DNA from: Prochlorococcus sp. AG-335-I21
GTDB taxonomy: Bacteria; Cyanobacteriota; Cyanobacteriia; PCC-6307; Cyanobiaceae
DNA: 64,000 nt
Direction: 5' to 3'
Assembly: GCA_003282225.1 (NCBI GenBank)
Contig: QBZO01000001.1
Coordinates: 2,754-66,753 of the forward strand
The notes under the pieces are model-generated. The model was not told the DNA's origin and did not search any database. It saw only the letters and a list, made by a program, of their open reading frames with translations. Within the stretch, counting starts at the first letter, position 1. Each line of letters starts with the position of its first letter. A program made the translations under genes and the position numbers. Positions 44,214 to 53,761 of the stretch are shown here, piece by piece.

Positions 44214-45427
44214 TAAAAGCATATTGCGAAACAAAAATTAGTCGGAATTTTTCTATTGCAATGGTTTGGATAAATGGTGGAAGCAATATGGATATTGAAG
44301 AGAAAAAAGGGATCAATCAAATTCTTTGCTCATTATTAACCAGAGGATGTAAAGGTTTTGGAAATTTAGCTTTTTCGGAGTATGTCGATTCTTATGGAGC
44401 AGAACTAAATCTTGAGACATTAGAGGACGGTATGATAATAAGCCTCAAATCACTAGATGAACATTTTAATAAACTTTTACCTTTATTAAATTTAATAATA
44501 AATGAACCATCACTATCATGTAACCAATTCCAAAATGTAAAGAAATCAACTATTAGTACCTTAAAAAAAGATAGGGAAAATCCATTTAATATTACTTTTG
44601 AAAAATGGAGAAAAATTGTTTATTTAAAACATCCCTACGCTTATAACTCATCTGGATATGAAGAAGATATTTTAAAAATTACTCACAATGATATTTTATC
44701 TGAATTTGAGAATTTCAAAAATAGAAATAAGTATGTAATTTCTAATAATTTAAACATTAAAAATAAAAGTTTTGATTTAATAAACGAGCATAAAATTGCT
44801 CATAACGTTCAAAGCAAAAAACACAACAATAATCCTAATATTTTGAATAGGTTTGTAAGTACACATCAGAAGTCGAATCAAATAATCTTAATGTTAGGGA
44901 ATCAAACATGTCCGATATCAAGTCATGAATACTTACCTTTGAAAATTTTAGAATCACATCTCTCGTATGGTATGAGCTCTGTATTGTTCAAATTGTTCAG
45001 AGAAAGGAATGGTTTAACTTATGAAGTTGGGGTCTATAATCCTTGTAGAATTGAAAATTCTCCTTTTTTAGTTTACTTTTCAGTCTCAAATAAAAATGCG
45101 CTTCTTGCATTTGAAATACTATCGGAATTATGGAGAAAATTATTATCTTCTTCAATTAACGAAAAGGACATTTATTTAGCAAAGATTAAATTGAAAAGTT
45201 CATTACTAATATCTAACCAAACTTTAGATGAAATCTTACAGAGAAAGATTCAATACATTGGATATACATTAGATCAAAATTATGATTTTTTAAATAGAAT
45301 TAATGATATAAACTCTGCAGATATTTTGAAAGTAACTAAAAAATATTTAGGAAAACCTTTTTTAAGTATTTACGGAGACGAGAAAAAATGTAATGAAATT
45401 AATAAACTTTGGATAAAGAATTTTTAG
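44210..45427 (+). CDS. M16 family peptidase, non-catalytic partner
   Basis: M16-like sequence with RERNGLTY (R/Y pair) but HxxEH replaced by QILCS; ATGA overlap. Confidence 0.88.
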   Translation: MIKAYCETKISRNFSIAMVWINGGSNMDIEEKKGINQILCSLLTRGCKGFGNLAFSEYVDSYGAELNLETLEDGMIISLKSLDEHFNKLLPLLNLIINEPSLSCNQFQNVKKSTISTLKKDRENPFNITFEKWRKIVYLKHPYAYNSSGYEEDILKITHNDILSEFENFKNRNKYVISNNLNIKNKSFDLINEHKIAHNVQSKKHNNNPNILNRFVSTHQKSNQIILMLGNQTCPISSHEYLPLKILESHLSYGMSSVLFKLFRERNGLTYEVGVYNPCRIENSPFLVYFSVSNKNALLAFEILSELWRKLLSSSINEKDIYLAKIKLKSSLLISNQTLDEILQRKIQYIGYTLDQNYDFLNRINDINSADILKVTKKYLGKPFLSIYGDEKKCNEINKLWIKNF

Positions 45428-45429
45428 AT

Positions 45430-45639
45430 TTATGTTTTTTCAATCTTATCAGTATCGATTAAGAAACATCCTCTTCTAAATTTTATTTCAACAGTATCGG
45501 GAGATTTTATAGCTATTATTTCTCCAACTTCGTCAATATCTACTAAGTCAGGTGGTCTAAGCATAGGCATATTGTCAGAAGTTTTAAGATAAGAAAGAGG
45601 ATTTTTTAGTTTAATTTTATCCTGAATGTTAAATTCCAT
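45430..45639 (-). CDS. sipA: NblS/Hik33-interacting protein SipA (DUF3148)
   Basis: YLKTSDNMPMLRPPDLV and FRRGCFL motifs. Confidence 0.82.
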   Translation of the reverse strand: MEFNIQDKIKLKNPLSYLKTSDNMPMLRPPDLVDIDEVGEIIAIKSPDTVEIKFRRGCFLIDTDKIEKT

Positions 45640-45753
45640 CAAAATATTTTACATATAAACCAAATTTACTATAAAAAATCAAATTAAGAAAAATATCAAC
45701 GAAAAGCATCTTTTCATTCTAGAATTAAAAAAATTTATATGTGAAATAAATTA

Positions 45754-47667
45754 ATGAATCAAAAATTTAAAACAATAATTTTATGGGCTCTTCCAATTAT
45801 TTTAGTCATAGCTCTTTCATATCAATTTCTTTCAACAAGCAATATTGATTCATTAAAATCTAACGGTACTACAATAGCTCCTAAAAATTCAGCCGTAGCA
45901 AGAGTTAGTTATGGAAGATTTTTAGATTATATAAAGTCGGGTCGAGTTACATCAGTTGATATTTTTGATGGTGGTAGAAACGCTGTAATAGAAACCATAG
46001 ATTCAGATCTGGATAATAAAGTTCAAAGATTGAGAGTTGACTTGCCTGGTCTTACACCTGAATTAATAACTAATCTAAAAAATGAAGGTATAAGTTTTGA
46101 TGTACACCCTGCTAAAACAGCACCACCAGCATTAGGAATTCTCGGTAATCTTCTGTTCCCTGCAATTTTGATAGGAGGTTTAATTCTCTTAGCCAGGAGA
46201 TCAAATGGTATGCCTGGAGGACCAGGTCAAGCAATGCAATTTGGAAAATCAAAAGCTAGATTTGCTATGGATGCTGATACTGGAGTGGTATTTGACGATG
46301 TAGCAGGAGTTAATGAGGCAAAAGAGGATTTAGAAGAGGTAGTTACATTTTTAAAAAAACCTGAAAAATTTACTTCTGTCGGTGCTCGTATTCCAAAAGG
46401 GGTTTTACTTGTAGGTCCTCCAGGAACGGGTAAGACACTTTTAGCAAAAGCAATTGCTGGAGAAGCAGGAGTTCCATTTTTTTCACTTGCAGGGTCAGAA
46501 TTCGTAGAAATGTTTGTTGGAGTAGGTGCTAGCAGAGTTAGAGATCTATTTAAAAAAGCCAAAGAAAATAGTCCATGTTTAATATTCATTGATGAAATTG
46601 ATGCAGTAGGAAGGCAAAGAGGAGCTGGTATCGGTGGTGGAAATGACGAAAGAGAACAAACTCTTAACCAACTTTTAACTGAGATGGATGGATTTGAAGG
46701 TAATAGTGGAATTATTATTATTGCTGCAACTAACCGTCCAGATGTTTTGGATTCAGCCTTAATGAGGCCAGGAAGATTTGACAGGCAAGTCACAGTTGAT
46801 GCTCCTGATATTAAAGGAAGATTATCGATACTTGAAGTTCACTCAAAAAATAAAACTCTTCAGGAGGACTTAACTTTAGAAAGTATTGCAAGAAGGACTC
46901 CTGGTTTTACTGGAGCGGATTTAGCAAATCTTCTAAATGAAGCCGCAATCTTAACCGCAAGAAGAAGAAAAGAGTCAATAGGCATTTTAGAAATTGATGA
47001 TTCAGTCGATAGAATAGTCGCCGGAATGGAAGGTTCTCCACTAACAGATGGAAGAAGCAAAAGATTAATTGCTTATCATGAAGTTGGACACGCAATAATA
47101 GGAACTTTAGTAAAAGCTCATGATCCTGTTCAGAAAGTAACTGTAATTCCAAGAGGGCAAGCAAAAGGACTGACTTGGTTTACTCCTGATGATGATCAAT
47201 CTCTTATAAGCAGGGCAAATTTGAAGGCAAGAATAATGGGTGCTCTTGGAGGAAGAGCAGCTGAAGATGTTGTTTTTGGTAAAGGTGAAATAACAACTGG
47301 AGCTGGAGGAGATTTTCAACAGGTAGCTTCAATGGCTAGACAAATGGTTACAAGATTTGGAATGAGTGAATTAGGTCCAATTGCTCTTGAAGGTGGTAAT
47401 CAAGAAGTTTTTGTGGGAAGAGATTTAATGACTAGAAGCGAAGTTTCTGACTCTATCTCTAAACAAATAGATGAAAGTGTAAGAGTTATGGTAAAAGAAT
47501 GTTATAAACAAACCTATTCAATAATTAGTAAAAATAGGGAGGCAATGGATAAATTAGTGGATCTTCTAATAGAAAAAGAAACCTTAGATGGTGAAGAGTT
47601 TGTAAAAATCCTTTCTGAATTCACACAAATTCCTGAAAAACAAAGAACTCCACAAATACTTAATTAA
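45754..47667 (+). CDS. ftsH: ATP-dependent zinc metalloprotease FtsH (FtsH2-type)
   Basis: [30 protein letters not shown]. Confidence 0.97.
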   Translation: MNQKFKTIILWALPIILVIALSYQFLSTSNIDSLKSNGTTIAPKNSAVARVSYGRFLDYIKSGRVTSVDIFDGGRNAVIETIDSDLDNKVQRLRVDLPGLTPELITNLKNEGISFDVHPAKTAPPALGILGNLLFPAILIGGLILLARRSNGMPGGPGQAMQFGKSKARFAMDADTGVVFDDVAGVNEAKEDLEEVVTFLKKPEKFTSVGARIPKGVLLVGPPGTGKTLLAKAIAGEAGVPFFSLAGSEFVEMFVGVGASRVRDLFKKAKENSPCLIFIDEIDAVGRQRGAGIGGGNDEREQTLNQLLTEMDGFEGNSGIIIIAATNRPDVLDSALMRPGRFDRQVTVDAPDIKGRLSILEVHSKNKTLQEDLTLESIARRTPGFTGADLANLLNEAAILTARRRKESIGILEIDDSVDRIVAGMEGSPLTDGRSKRLIAYHEVGHAIIGTLVKAHDPVQKVTVIPRGQAKGLTWFTPDDDQSLISRANLKARIMGALGGRAAEDVVFGKGEITTGAGGDFQQVASMARQMVTRFGMSELGPIALEGGNQEVFVGRDLMTRSEVSDSISKQIDESVRVMVKECYKQTYSIISKNREAMDKLVDLLIEKETLDGEEFVKILSEFTQIPEKQRTPQILN

Positions 47668-48254
47668 GTATTTTTAATTGGTTTTTTATCTAAAACCAAA
47701 TCTATTAGACCGTACTCAACTGCCTCCTTCGGAGACATATAAAAATCTCTATCAGTATCTTCCTTAATAGTTTCAAGTTCTTTACCTGTTCTTTCAGATA
47801 GCTCGGTATTTAAACGTTCTTTTAAGTATAAAATTTCATCAGCTTGAATTCTTATATCGCTAGCTTGCCCTCTTGCACCACCAAGAGGTTGATGAATCAT
47901 AATTCTTGAATGTCTCAGGCTACTTCTTTTACCTTTAGTTCCAGCCGCAAGTAAAAAGGCACCCATACTTGCTGCTAGACCAACACAAACAGTATGTATA
48001 TCAGGCTTTACATGTTGCATAGTATCAAAAATGCCTAAACCATCATAAACCGAGCCTCCAGGAGAATTAATATACATGTAGATGTCTTTCTCAGGATCTT
48101 CCGCTTCGAGGAAAAGTAATTGAGCAACAATTCTATTAGCAGTATCACTAGTTACTTGTTCACCTAAGAATATAATCCTCTCTCTTAAAAGTCTCGAGTA
48201 AATATCAAAGACTCTTTCACTTCCGCCAGATTCTTCTAAAACTAAAGGGATCAT
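47664..48254 (-). CDS. clpP: Clp protease proteolytic subunit
   Basis: [29 protein letters not shown]. Confidence 0.98.
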   Translation of the reverse strand: MIPLVLEESGGSERVFDIYSRLLRERIIFLGEQVTSDTANRIVAQLLFLEAEDPEKDIYMYINSPGGSVYDGLGIFDTMQHVKPDIHTVCVGLAASMGAFLLAAGTKGKRSSLRHSRIMIHQPLGGARGQASDIRIQADEILYLKERLNTELSERTGKELETIKEDTDRDFYMSPKEAVEYGLIDLVLDKKPIKNT

Positions 48255-48334
48255 AATAATATTTATCTGTTTATTAGATCTTAACGATATTGACTCAACA
48301 TACGCTATGGTTATTAAGGTTTACATATAAACAA

Positions 48335-48943
48335 TTGAAAGAAAAATTGACTGTCTCAGATAGCAAAAAGTTATTTCATGAACAATTCCCTTACGTAATT
48401 CCAGGTTTATATAAAAGGGTAGTTGATGAAATTCTTGTTGAACTAAATCTTTTAAATCACCAAAATGAATTCATACAAGATGATTTATTTAGTGTTGGTC
48501 TTACAGAAACATTCAAAGAATTAACGAAAGGTTATAAGCCTGAGGAACATTTAGTGATACTTTTTGAATCATTATGTAATTGCTCAAACTTTGAACCTAA
48601 AAAAATAAAAGAAGCCTCCAAGAAAACTCTTGAAGGCTACAAGAATAAATCCTTAAAAGAAATCTCTATTTTATTAAAAGAAAAATCAAATACTAATTTA
48701 TACTCTTCAAGGATATTGAATTTAGGAATTTACTTAATTATGAGTAATGCCAATGATTTCAAGGATATTAAAGATTCTGAAAAGAATAAAATAATTTCAG
48801 ATATCATTAATAAATTAAATTTATCATTTAATAAAGCAGAAAAGGATATTGGAATTTATAAAAGCAGTATTATAAAAATGGAACAAGCGAAAGAACTTCT
48901 TCAAGAAGCAAAATTAAAAGATAAGAAAGAAAAGAACAAATAG
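48335..48943 (+). CDS. psb29: Photosystem II biogenesis protein Psb29/THF1
   Basis: TVSDSKK.F, YKRVVDEILVELNLL, YSSR, KDIGIYKS; TTG start 48335 is inferred. Confidence 0.9.
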   Translation: MKEKLTVSDSKKLFHEQFPYVIPGLYKRVVDEILVELNLLNHQNEFIQDDLFSVGLTETFKELTKGYKPEEHLVILFESLCNCSNFEPKKIKEASKKTLEGYKNKSLKEISILLKEKSNTNLYSSRILNLGIYLIMSNANDFKDIKDSEKNKIISDIINKLNLSFNKAEKDIGIYKSSIIKMEQAKELLQEAKLKDKKEKNK

Positions 48944-48959
48944 TTTTAAAATACAAAAA

Positions 48960-49109
48960 TTATTTCTCTATTCTTCTCTTATCCTTCCAAGAAATATAGG
49001 AAATATAAATTACTGCTATGGTAATTAAACTGAGTAAAGCAAAAGATGCAAAAATAAGAAATTTGCTTAAATAATCTTCATAGTTAAATGATGAAAAATC
49101 ATATGTCAA
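48960..49109 (-). CDS. Small single-TM protein downstream of petN, start uncertain
   Basis: [25 protein letters not shown] hydrophobic helix plus KDKRR basic tail; the longer ORF-track start lies inside petN. Confidence 0.65.
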
Positions 49110-49200
49110 TAGAACCGTCACCATTTCTGCCCCAAACAACCATCGCAATTGAAAAAGTAAAAATTGCTGCTAAAGCAGCCCAACCTATTTGAAAAATCAT
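49099..49200 (-). CDS. petN: Cytochrome b6f subunit PetN, absent from the ORF track
   Basis: [33 protein letters not shown], with the VVWGRNG signature; alternative ATG at 49203. Confidence 0.96.
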
Positions 49201-49332
49201 CATAATATAATTAGTAAATCCAATATAACAGAACTTCCAAAAAAAATTTTTAATCCAATACTTTTCAAACAAAAATTTATTTCTCAGAAATGAATTCTAT
49301 TAAATACAATATTATTAAAAGAAGTAACCACC

Positions 49333-49611
49333 TTGGGAAGAGTTGTTTTAAACCACAGTACACATATAGAGGGTTTGATTCCAGTTCTTAAAAAACTTGC
49401 CTTAAACATAAGAATAAAAACTATAACCCCAGCAATAATATCAAGAGTAAGAGGAAGATCTACTAATTTAGTTATAAGAGTATCTGTAAAGACAATTAAC
49501 GGTTATAAAGCAATTGCAAGAAGGGGGAAAACAGCTCAAGAAGTTTTTATTTCTACAGACTTAAGTAAAGATGAATTAAAAAAGCTTTTAGATATTTGTA
49601 ATTATGGTTAA
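49333..49611 (+). CDS. DUF2103 protein
   Basis: GRVVLNHSTHIEGL, QEVFI. Confidence 0.88.
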   Translation: MGRVVLNHSTHIEGLIPVLKKLALNIRIKTITPAIISRVRGRSTNLVIRVSVKTINGYKAIARRGKTAQEVFISTDLSKDELKKLLDICNYG

Positions 49612-49653
49612 TCTTAAAATTAGATTTAACCTTTCTTTAAAATAAAAAAATTG

Positions 49654-49860
49654 ATGAAATTATTTTTCAATACCCTTTTATTTTTTTTTATTATATTTTT
49701 TTTTGAGAATAGTGCTTATTCACTTTCTGATTATCAAATAAAGAAAATATGTCAAAAGAAGCCAAATAAATCTGCTTGTATTAAAAACCTAAAATTTAAA
49801 AAATTAAACTTATTACAAGGGAATAAAATTGAAATTCCTGTAATACCTTTCAAAAAATAA
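49654..49860 (+). CDS. Small exported protein
   Basis: Signal peptide ending SAYS, two Cys, IEIPVIPF tail. Confidence 0.75.
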   Translation: MKLFFNTLLFFFIIFFFENSAYSLSDYQIKKICQKKPNKSACIKNLKFKKLNLLQGNKIEIPVIPFKK

Positions 49861-49867
49861 ATCTATT

Positions 49868-50137
49868 TTATATTTCGAACTCTGCCTCAAAAAGAGAAAA
49901 AGCTTTTTTGTAGTCAGCAATCAATTTTTCAGAATTATCATTGAAGCCAATTAATTCATAGTCATTTTTTAGTTGATCATAAGAATAAACAACATCGTTA
50001 AAGGCGCTCATATATTCTTTTTGGATATCCTCATCGTCAATATCATAAATTTTAGCCAAAACTAATTCAACATTTTTTTTTGAAGTATATATTTTTTTCT
50101 CGAAATCTTTATTTAACTTTCTTCTTTTTTTTGGCAT
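49868..50137 (-). CDS. Hypothetical protein
   Basis: 89-aa ORF with basic N-terminus and acidic C-terminus. Confidence 0.75.
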   Translation of the reverse strand: MPKKRRKLNKDFEKKIYTSKKNVELVLAKIYDIDDEDIQKEYMSAFNDVVYSYDQLKNDYELIGFNDNSEKLIADYKKAFSLFEAEFEI

Positions 50138-50272
50138 TATGAATTTATATATTTAAATTACAAATTTACAATAATCAAAATCATGTATAAATCAAATTAA
50201 AACTTAAAAAATAAAAATATAGTTTTCAAATCAAAATAAAACCACTATATTCCAAATAATACATTTGATGAT

Positions 50273-50710
50273 ATGGAGAAAAAAGAATCAAGAAAGGTAC
50301 AAGGTATAAAAGATCCAACCTTTGAAAATAAAAAATTAAAAGCTTCAACCAATTCAAATAATAAAAAAGATAAATCTCTCCCTTGGTGGGTCGAATTATT
50401 TTTTGTTCAAATTGGATTGCCCGATAAATGGCTTATTAAAGTATTAAAGTCAAAGAAAAAATATACCGAGATGCTTAAAAATGAGAAAAAGTTAATAATT
50501 ATATTTTTGTTCTTTTTAGCTGGTTTAACTTATATTTATCCACTAATTAAATACTCTAAAAATAGATTAGATTGCGAGAATAATGCTCAAAATTATATTG
50601 TAAAAAATAAAAATTTAAAGAATATAAAAAGAAACGAATTAAGAATGTTATCAACTAATTTTTGTAATGGGGGAGACGAAATATACGAAATCGAAAATCT
50701 CGAAGATTGA
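50273..50710 (+). CDS. Conserved membrane hypothetical protein
   Basis: LPWWVELFFVQIGLPDKWL motif, one TM segment, FCNGG. Confidence 0.8.
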   Translation: MEKKESRKVQGIKDPTFENKKLKASTNSNNKKDKSLPWWVELFFVQIGLPDKWLIKVLKSKKKYTEMLKNEKKLIIIFLFFLAGLTYIYPLIKYSKNRLDCENNAQNYIVKNKNLKNIKRNELRMLSTNFCNGGDEIYEIENLED

Positions 50711-50802
50711 TCTAATTATTTATTTCCATATAAAAGGACTAAAAACTTATATAATTTTATAAATTAAATTTGATTTCAATTTCAATTTCAATTATTAATT
50801 TC

Positions 50803-50979
50803 ATGACTAACGTTAGACAAAAAAAAGAAGATGTAAAGATGCATTTAAAGGATCTTAGAAAAGAATTAAAAAGAATGCACCTTACTGTTACTGAAGAGTT
50901 ATTATTACCACAACCAGATGAGGTCAAAACTCTAATGTATAAAATGGATCAATTGTTGAAAGTAATCGAATCAAAATAA
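50803..50979 (+). CDS. Small helical protein, paralog of 52242-52448
   Basis: ATG 50803; HL...R.EL..MH...LLP motif shared with 52242-52448. Confidence 0.8.
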   Translation: MTNVRQKKEDVKMHLKDLRKELKRMHLTVTEELLLPQPDEVKTLMYKMDQLLKVIESK

Positions 50980-51025
50980 ACTATAATTTAAAAACAAAAA
51001 CATACTTTCCAAAAATTGAAATTAG

Positions 51026-51376
51026 ATGAAAAATTCTATTAAAATAATTCAATTATTCTTACTTTTAATTTTTTTAACTTCTTGCAAATCAACAGCTAAT
51101 AAACAGGAGTTAATAATAGATTCTGAAGAACAGAAGAGTCAGCAAATAAAGATATCAAAAAGCAAAATGGAAGTAAGATATTCCTGTGGAGAAGATGGCA
51201 TTTCTGACTTCCTCAATGATGGATGGATTATTTCTAAAGAATATACAGAAGAAAAAATATGTACCTGGAAATCATTTCCTGCGACTAAAGATTGCGATAT
51301 GGAAAAAGACAAAGGGTGTAAAATAACAACTCCTGATAAAATAGGTGAAGAAAAAGTTTATTTATTAGAAAAATAA
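51026..51376 (+). CDS. Putative lipoprotein
   Basis: Lipobox FLTS-C plus four further Cys. Confidence 0.8.
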   Translation: MKNSIKIIQLFLLLIFLTSCKSTANKQELIIDSEEQKSQQIKISKSKMEVRYSCGEDGISDFLNDGWIISKEYTEEKICTWKSFPATKDCDMEKDKGCKITTPDKIGEEKVYLLEK

Positions 51377-51385
51377 TTAAAAATT

Positions 51386-51511
51386 ATGCGTAATAAGAAA
51401 GAATATTTGTTAGAAGTCATATTTAACAAATTAAAAAAAAACTCCAAAAATATTATTTTAGAAAAGAAAGAATTTACTAAATTTATAAATTTCCTTATAA
51501 ATGATAATTAA
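51386..51511 (+). CDS. Possible 41-aa protein
   Basis: MRNKKEYLLEVIFNKLKKNSKNIILEKKEFTKFINFLINDN*, 9 nt after the lipoprotein stop. Confidence 0.35.
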   Translation: MRNKKEYLLEVIFNKLKKNSKNIILEKKEFTKFINFLINDN

Positions 51512-51580
51512 TACTAAATAATTACAAATCAATAATTTGTTAAAATAAAATCGTTAACAATTTTAAAGAGATATTAGTAA

Positions 51581-51676
51581 ATGTATAACTTTTCAACTTT
51601 AACTACAATACTTATAAGTATTTTTGTTCTCAGTCTATATTTTTTATTTAAAGTAACTTCAAAAGCAAAAGATTAA
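51581..51676 (+). CDS. Possible 31-aa single-TM microprotein
   Basis: MYNFSTLTTILISIFVLSLYFLFKVTSKAKD*; AAAGAG upstream. Confidence 0.45.
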   Translation: MYNFSTLTTILISIFVLSLYFLFKVTSKAKD

Positions 51677-51701
51677 ATTGATTAATTTCAAAATTTAATC
51701 T

Positions 51702-51884
51702 TTAAATAATTGGGTCCTCTCTTAGTAATAAGATTGATTGATAATCAATACTCTCTTTTAACCACTCTTCATATTCATCGAAAATGCATTTTTGATCACT
51801 TTTTTCTAATAATTTAATTCTTTTCTCAGCATTATCAATTGCTAAATTTATGCAGAATTTAATATCTACAGGATCTTTCTTCAT
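51702..51884 (-). CDS. Hypothetical protein
   Basis: 60-aa ORF with an IFDEYEEWL segment. Confidence 0.7.
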   Translation of the reverse strand: MKKDPVDIKFCINLAIDNAEKRIKLLEKSDQKCIFDEYEEWLKESIDYQSILLLREDPII

Positions 51885-51967
51885 AGAATTACTATTTTTT
51901 TTAGCTTAATAAGTTATTAATACATTTTTGTATTACATATGACAGTAATAAGCATTAATTCAATAAA

Positions 51968-51983
51968 AGTATCAGACAATACT
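51968..51983. promoter_or_regulatory. Candidate NtcA box
   Basis: AGTA-tcagacaa-TACT in the divergent intergenic region; TATGAT 20 nt downstream on +. Confidence 0.45.
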
Positions 51984-52028
51984 GAAGTATTCTTAGTATA
52001 TTTATGATAATAAAGTTTTTTCACAATT

Positions 52029-52214
52029 ATGTCCTACGAAGCGGGTAGTAAAGAATGTAGACATTTGATTGAGGCTAAGGAAAGTCTATTACTAGCGATG
52101 GAATCTTTAAGTAACATCGACTCCACGGATATCTTACAAGTACAAATAAAAGAAATTTATAATAAGTTAGAGTTGTTGCACGACAAGCGTAAAAAAATAG
52201 AATTTAGCTCTTAA
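52029..52214 (+). CDS. Small helical hypothetical protein
   Basis: MSYEAGSKECRHLIEAKE..., 61 aa. Confidence 0.8.
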   Translation: MSYEAGSKECRHLIEAKESLLLAMESLSNIDSTDILQVQIKEIYNKLELLHDKRKKIEFSS

Positions 52215-52241
52215 TTCTTCAAAAAATTTTATATTTTAGAA

Positions 52242-52448
52242 CTAGAAATTTTCAAATTCATTCTTGACCTTCTTTTTTCTTTTATCAGACAACAGTTCGT
52301 AAAGCGCATCTAGTTGTGCATGTACTTCCTTGGCCTCGCTAAGATCAGGTAATAAATCATCCCTTATAAGCATTTGATGCATCTCTCTAAGTTCTAACCT
52401 TATATATCTTAGGTGGGAACTTACCTCCTCTCTTTTAGATGTACTCAT
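52242..52448 (-). CDS. Small helical protein, paralog of 50803-50979
   Basis: MSTSKREEVSSHLRYIRLELREMHQ...LLP; ATG 52448. Confidence 0.85.
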   Translation of the reverse strand: MSTSKREEVSSHLRYIRLELREMHQMLIRDDLLPDLSEAKEVHAQLDALYELLSDKRKKKVKNEFENF

Positions 52449-52582
52449 ATCTACCAAACATTAATAATTATTATACAATATTCCACTTTTTTATATTTTA
52501 ATGAGATACCTCAAACAAATACAAATTTACCAAAACTGAAATTATTTATTATTTGTTATTAGTTTGTTGTAATATAGTTTTC

Positions 52583-52759
52583 ATGAAGAAAAAATCATCA
52601 AAAAAGAATCCAAAAAAATCAATAAAAGAGTCTAATAATGAACTAGGACAGACAAAAAATTCAGCCAAATTAATTTTATTTATATTTGGCATTGGTCCAA
52701 TAATTGGAATAATAATATTTTTGTTTACTAAAGGATTTTTTAATACTCCAAACATTTAA
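52583..52759 (+). CDS. Small C-terminally anchored membrane protein
   Basis: Lys-rich N-terminus and ILFIFGIGPIIGIIIFLF TM segment. Confidence 0.7.
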   Translation: MKKKSSKKNPKKSIKESNNELGQTKNSAKLILFIFGIGPIIGIIIFLFTKGFFNTPNI

Positions 52760-52805
52760 TTTAAAAAAATAAATTAACAATTTATAAATTAGAAAATATT
52801 TATAA

Positions 52806-53009
52806 TTATTGAAATTTTTTAAGAGAATAAATTCTAAATTCTGCTATATTTCTTGCATTATCAAGATTCGAAATTACAAATGGGTGATCAGATAAAATTT
52901 CAATAACTTTATCTATTTTTTGAGCCGTATCGTTACAATCAACTTTTTGCCACTCATCATCAAAAGATTTAGCAAAACTGTCTGCATTATTATAGGTTTT
53001 ATCTTTCAT
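52806..53009 (-). CDS. Hypothetical protein
   Basis: 67-aa ORF (SFAKSFDDEW, HPFV, IAEFRI). Confidence 0.75.
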   Translation of the reverse strand: MKDKTYNNADSFAKSFDDEWQKVDCNDTAQKIDKVIEILSDHPFVISNLDNARNIAEFRIYSLKKFQ

Positions 53010-53251
53010 AAAAAATGGTTTTAAAATTTAAGACAATTGAAATAATTACTTATAAAAATATTGTTTAAAAATTAATAATAATAAAATGACTGGAAATAGT
53101 TTTAAACAATATCTTATTTTAAGATAATTTAGGACAAAAATGTTTTAGTAGTAAATAAAAATATTTCTAAGTTATAAATACTTAAAACCCTTATAGCCTT
53201 AATTACTTGACAAAAGTGATACAATTATGACAAATAATACACAATACGAGA

Positions 53252-53617
53252 ATGGAAAATCCAGTTAAAAGAATAGGATATTTACCCAGGAAAAGAGTTC
53301 TGGAAATTATAGATCAAATATCTAAAAGTGAATCTATAAGCAGGTCAAAAGTTGTTGGAATACTTGTCGAAGAAGCATTGGACGCTAGAGGTATAGCGAA
53401 TTTTGGATATAGCAATTTAAGTAAAACTAAATCTTTTAATTCTGAAATTTATACTGATAATCAACCTATTAAAAATATATCCAATTCAGAGGATGAATTT
53501 GTTGATGATAGCGGATATACAATCTCCTCCCACAAAACTTCAGATAGATCTATCTCAACAGCAGATATTGAACTAGCAAATAAAATTAATATCTTAAAAG
53601 AATCAGGTTTAATTTAG
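53252..53617 (+). CDS. CopG/ribbon-helix-helix-like regulator
   Basis: KRIGYLP strand, then helices with SRSKVVGILVEEAL, an RHH-like pattern. Confidence 0.7.
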   Translation: MENPVKRIGYLPRKRVLEIIDQISKSESISRSKVVGILVEEALDARGIANFGYSNLSKTKSFNSEIYTDNQPIKNISNSEDEFVDDSGYTISSHKTSDRSISTADIELANKINILKESGLI

Positions 53618-53761
53618 AAGGAGACGAATTATTTTTATTTCTTTTAAGTATTTGATGCATAATATTCAATCTATGATTATTCTATATCCATAATTAAATT
53701 CCTTATAAATAATTAGATTATCATGTCATTTTCTAAAATAAAAATTCTTTATTAGTAAAAA

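Noticed and set aside
42963-45427. Second M16 gene lacking HxxEH as a novelty
   Set aside because: Active/inactive M16B heterodimer pairs are well known
50773-50793. (ATTTCA)x3.5 tandem repeat giving an MISISISI extension
   Set aside because: Short low-complexity repeat upstream of the likely ATG at 50803; no evidence of function
53110-53126. TATCTTA-ttt-TAAGATA palindrome
   Set aside because: Short, AT-rich and single-copy; cannot be assigned to a regulator or terminator
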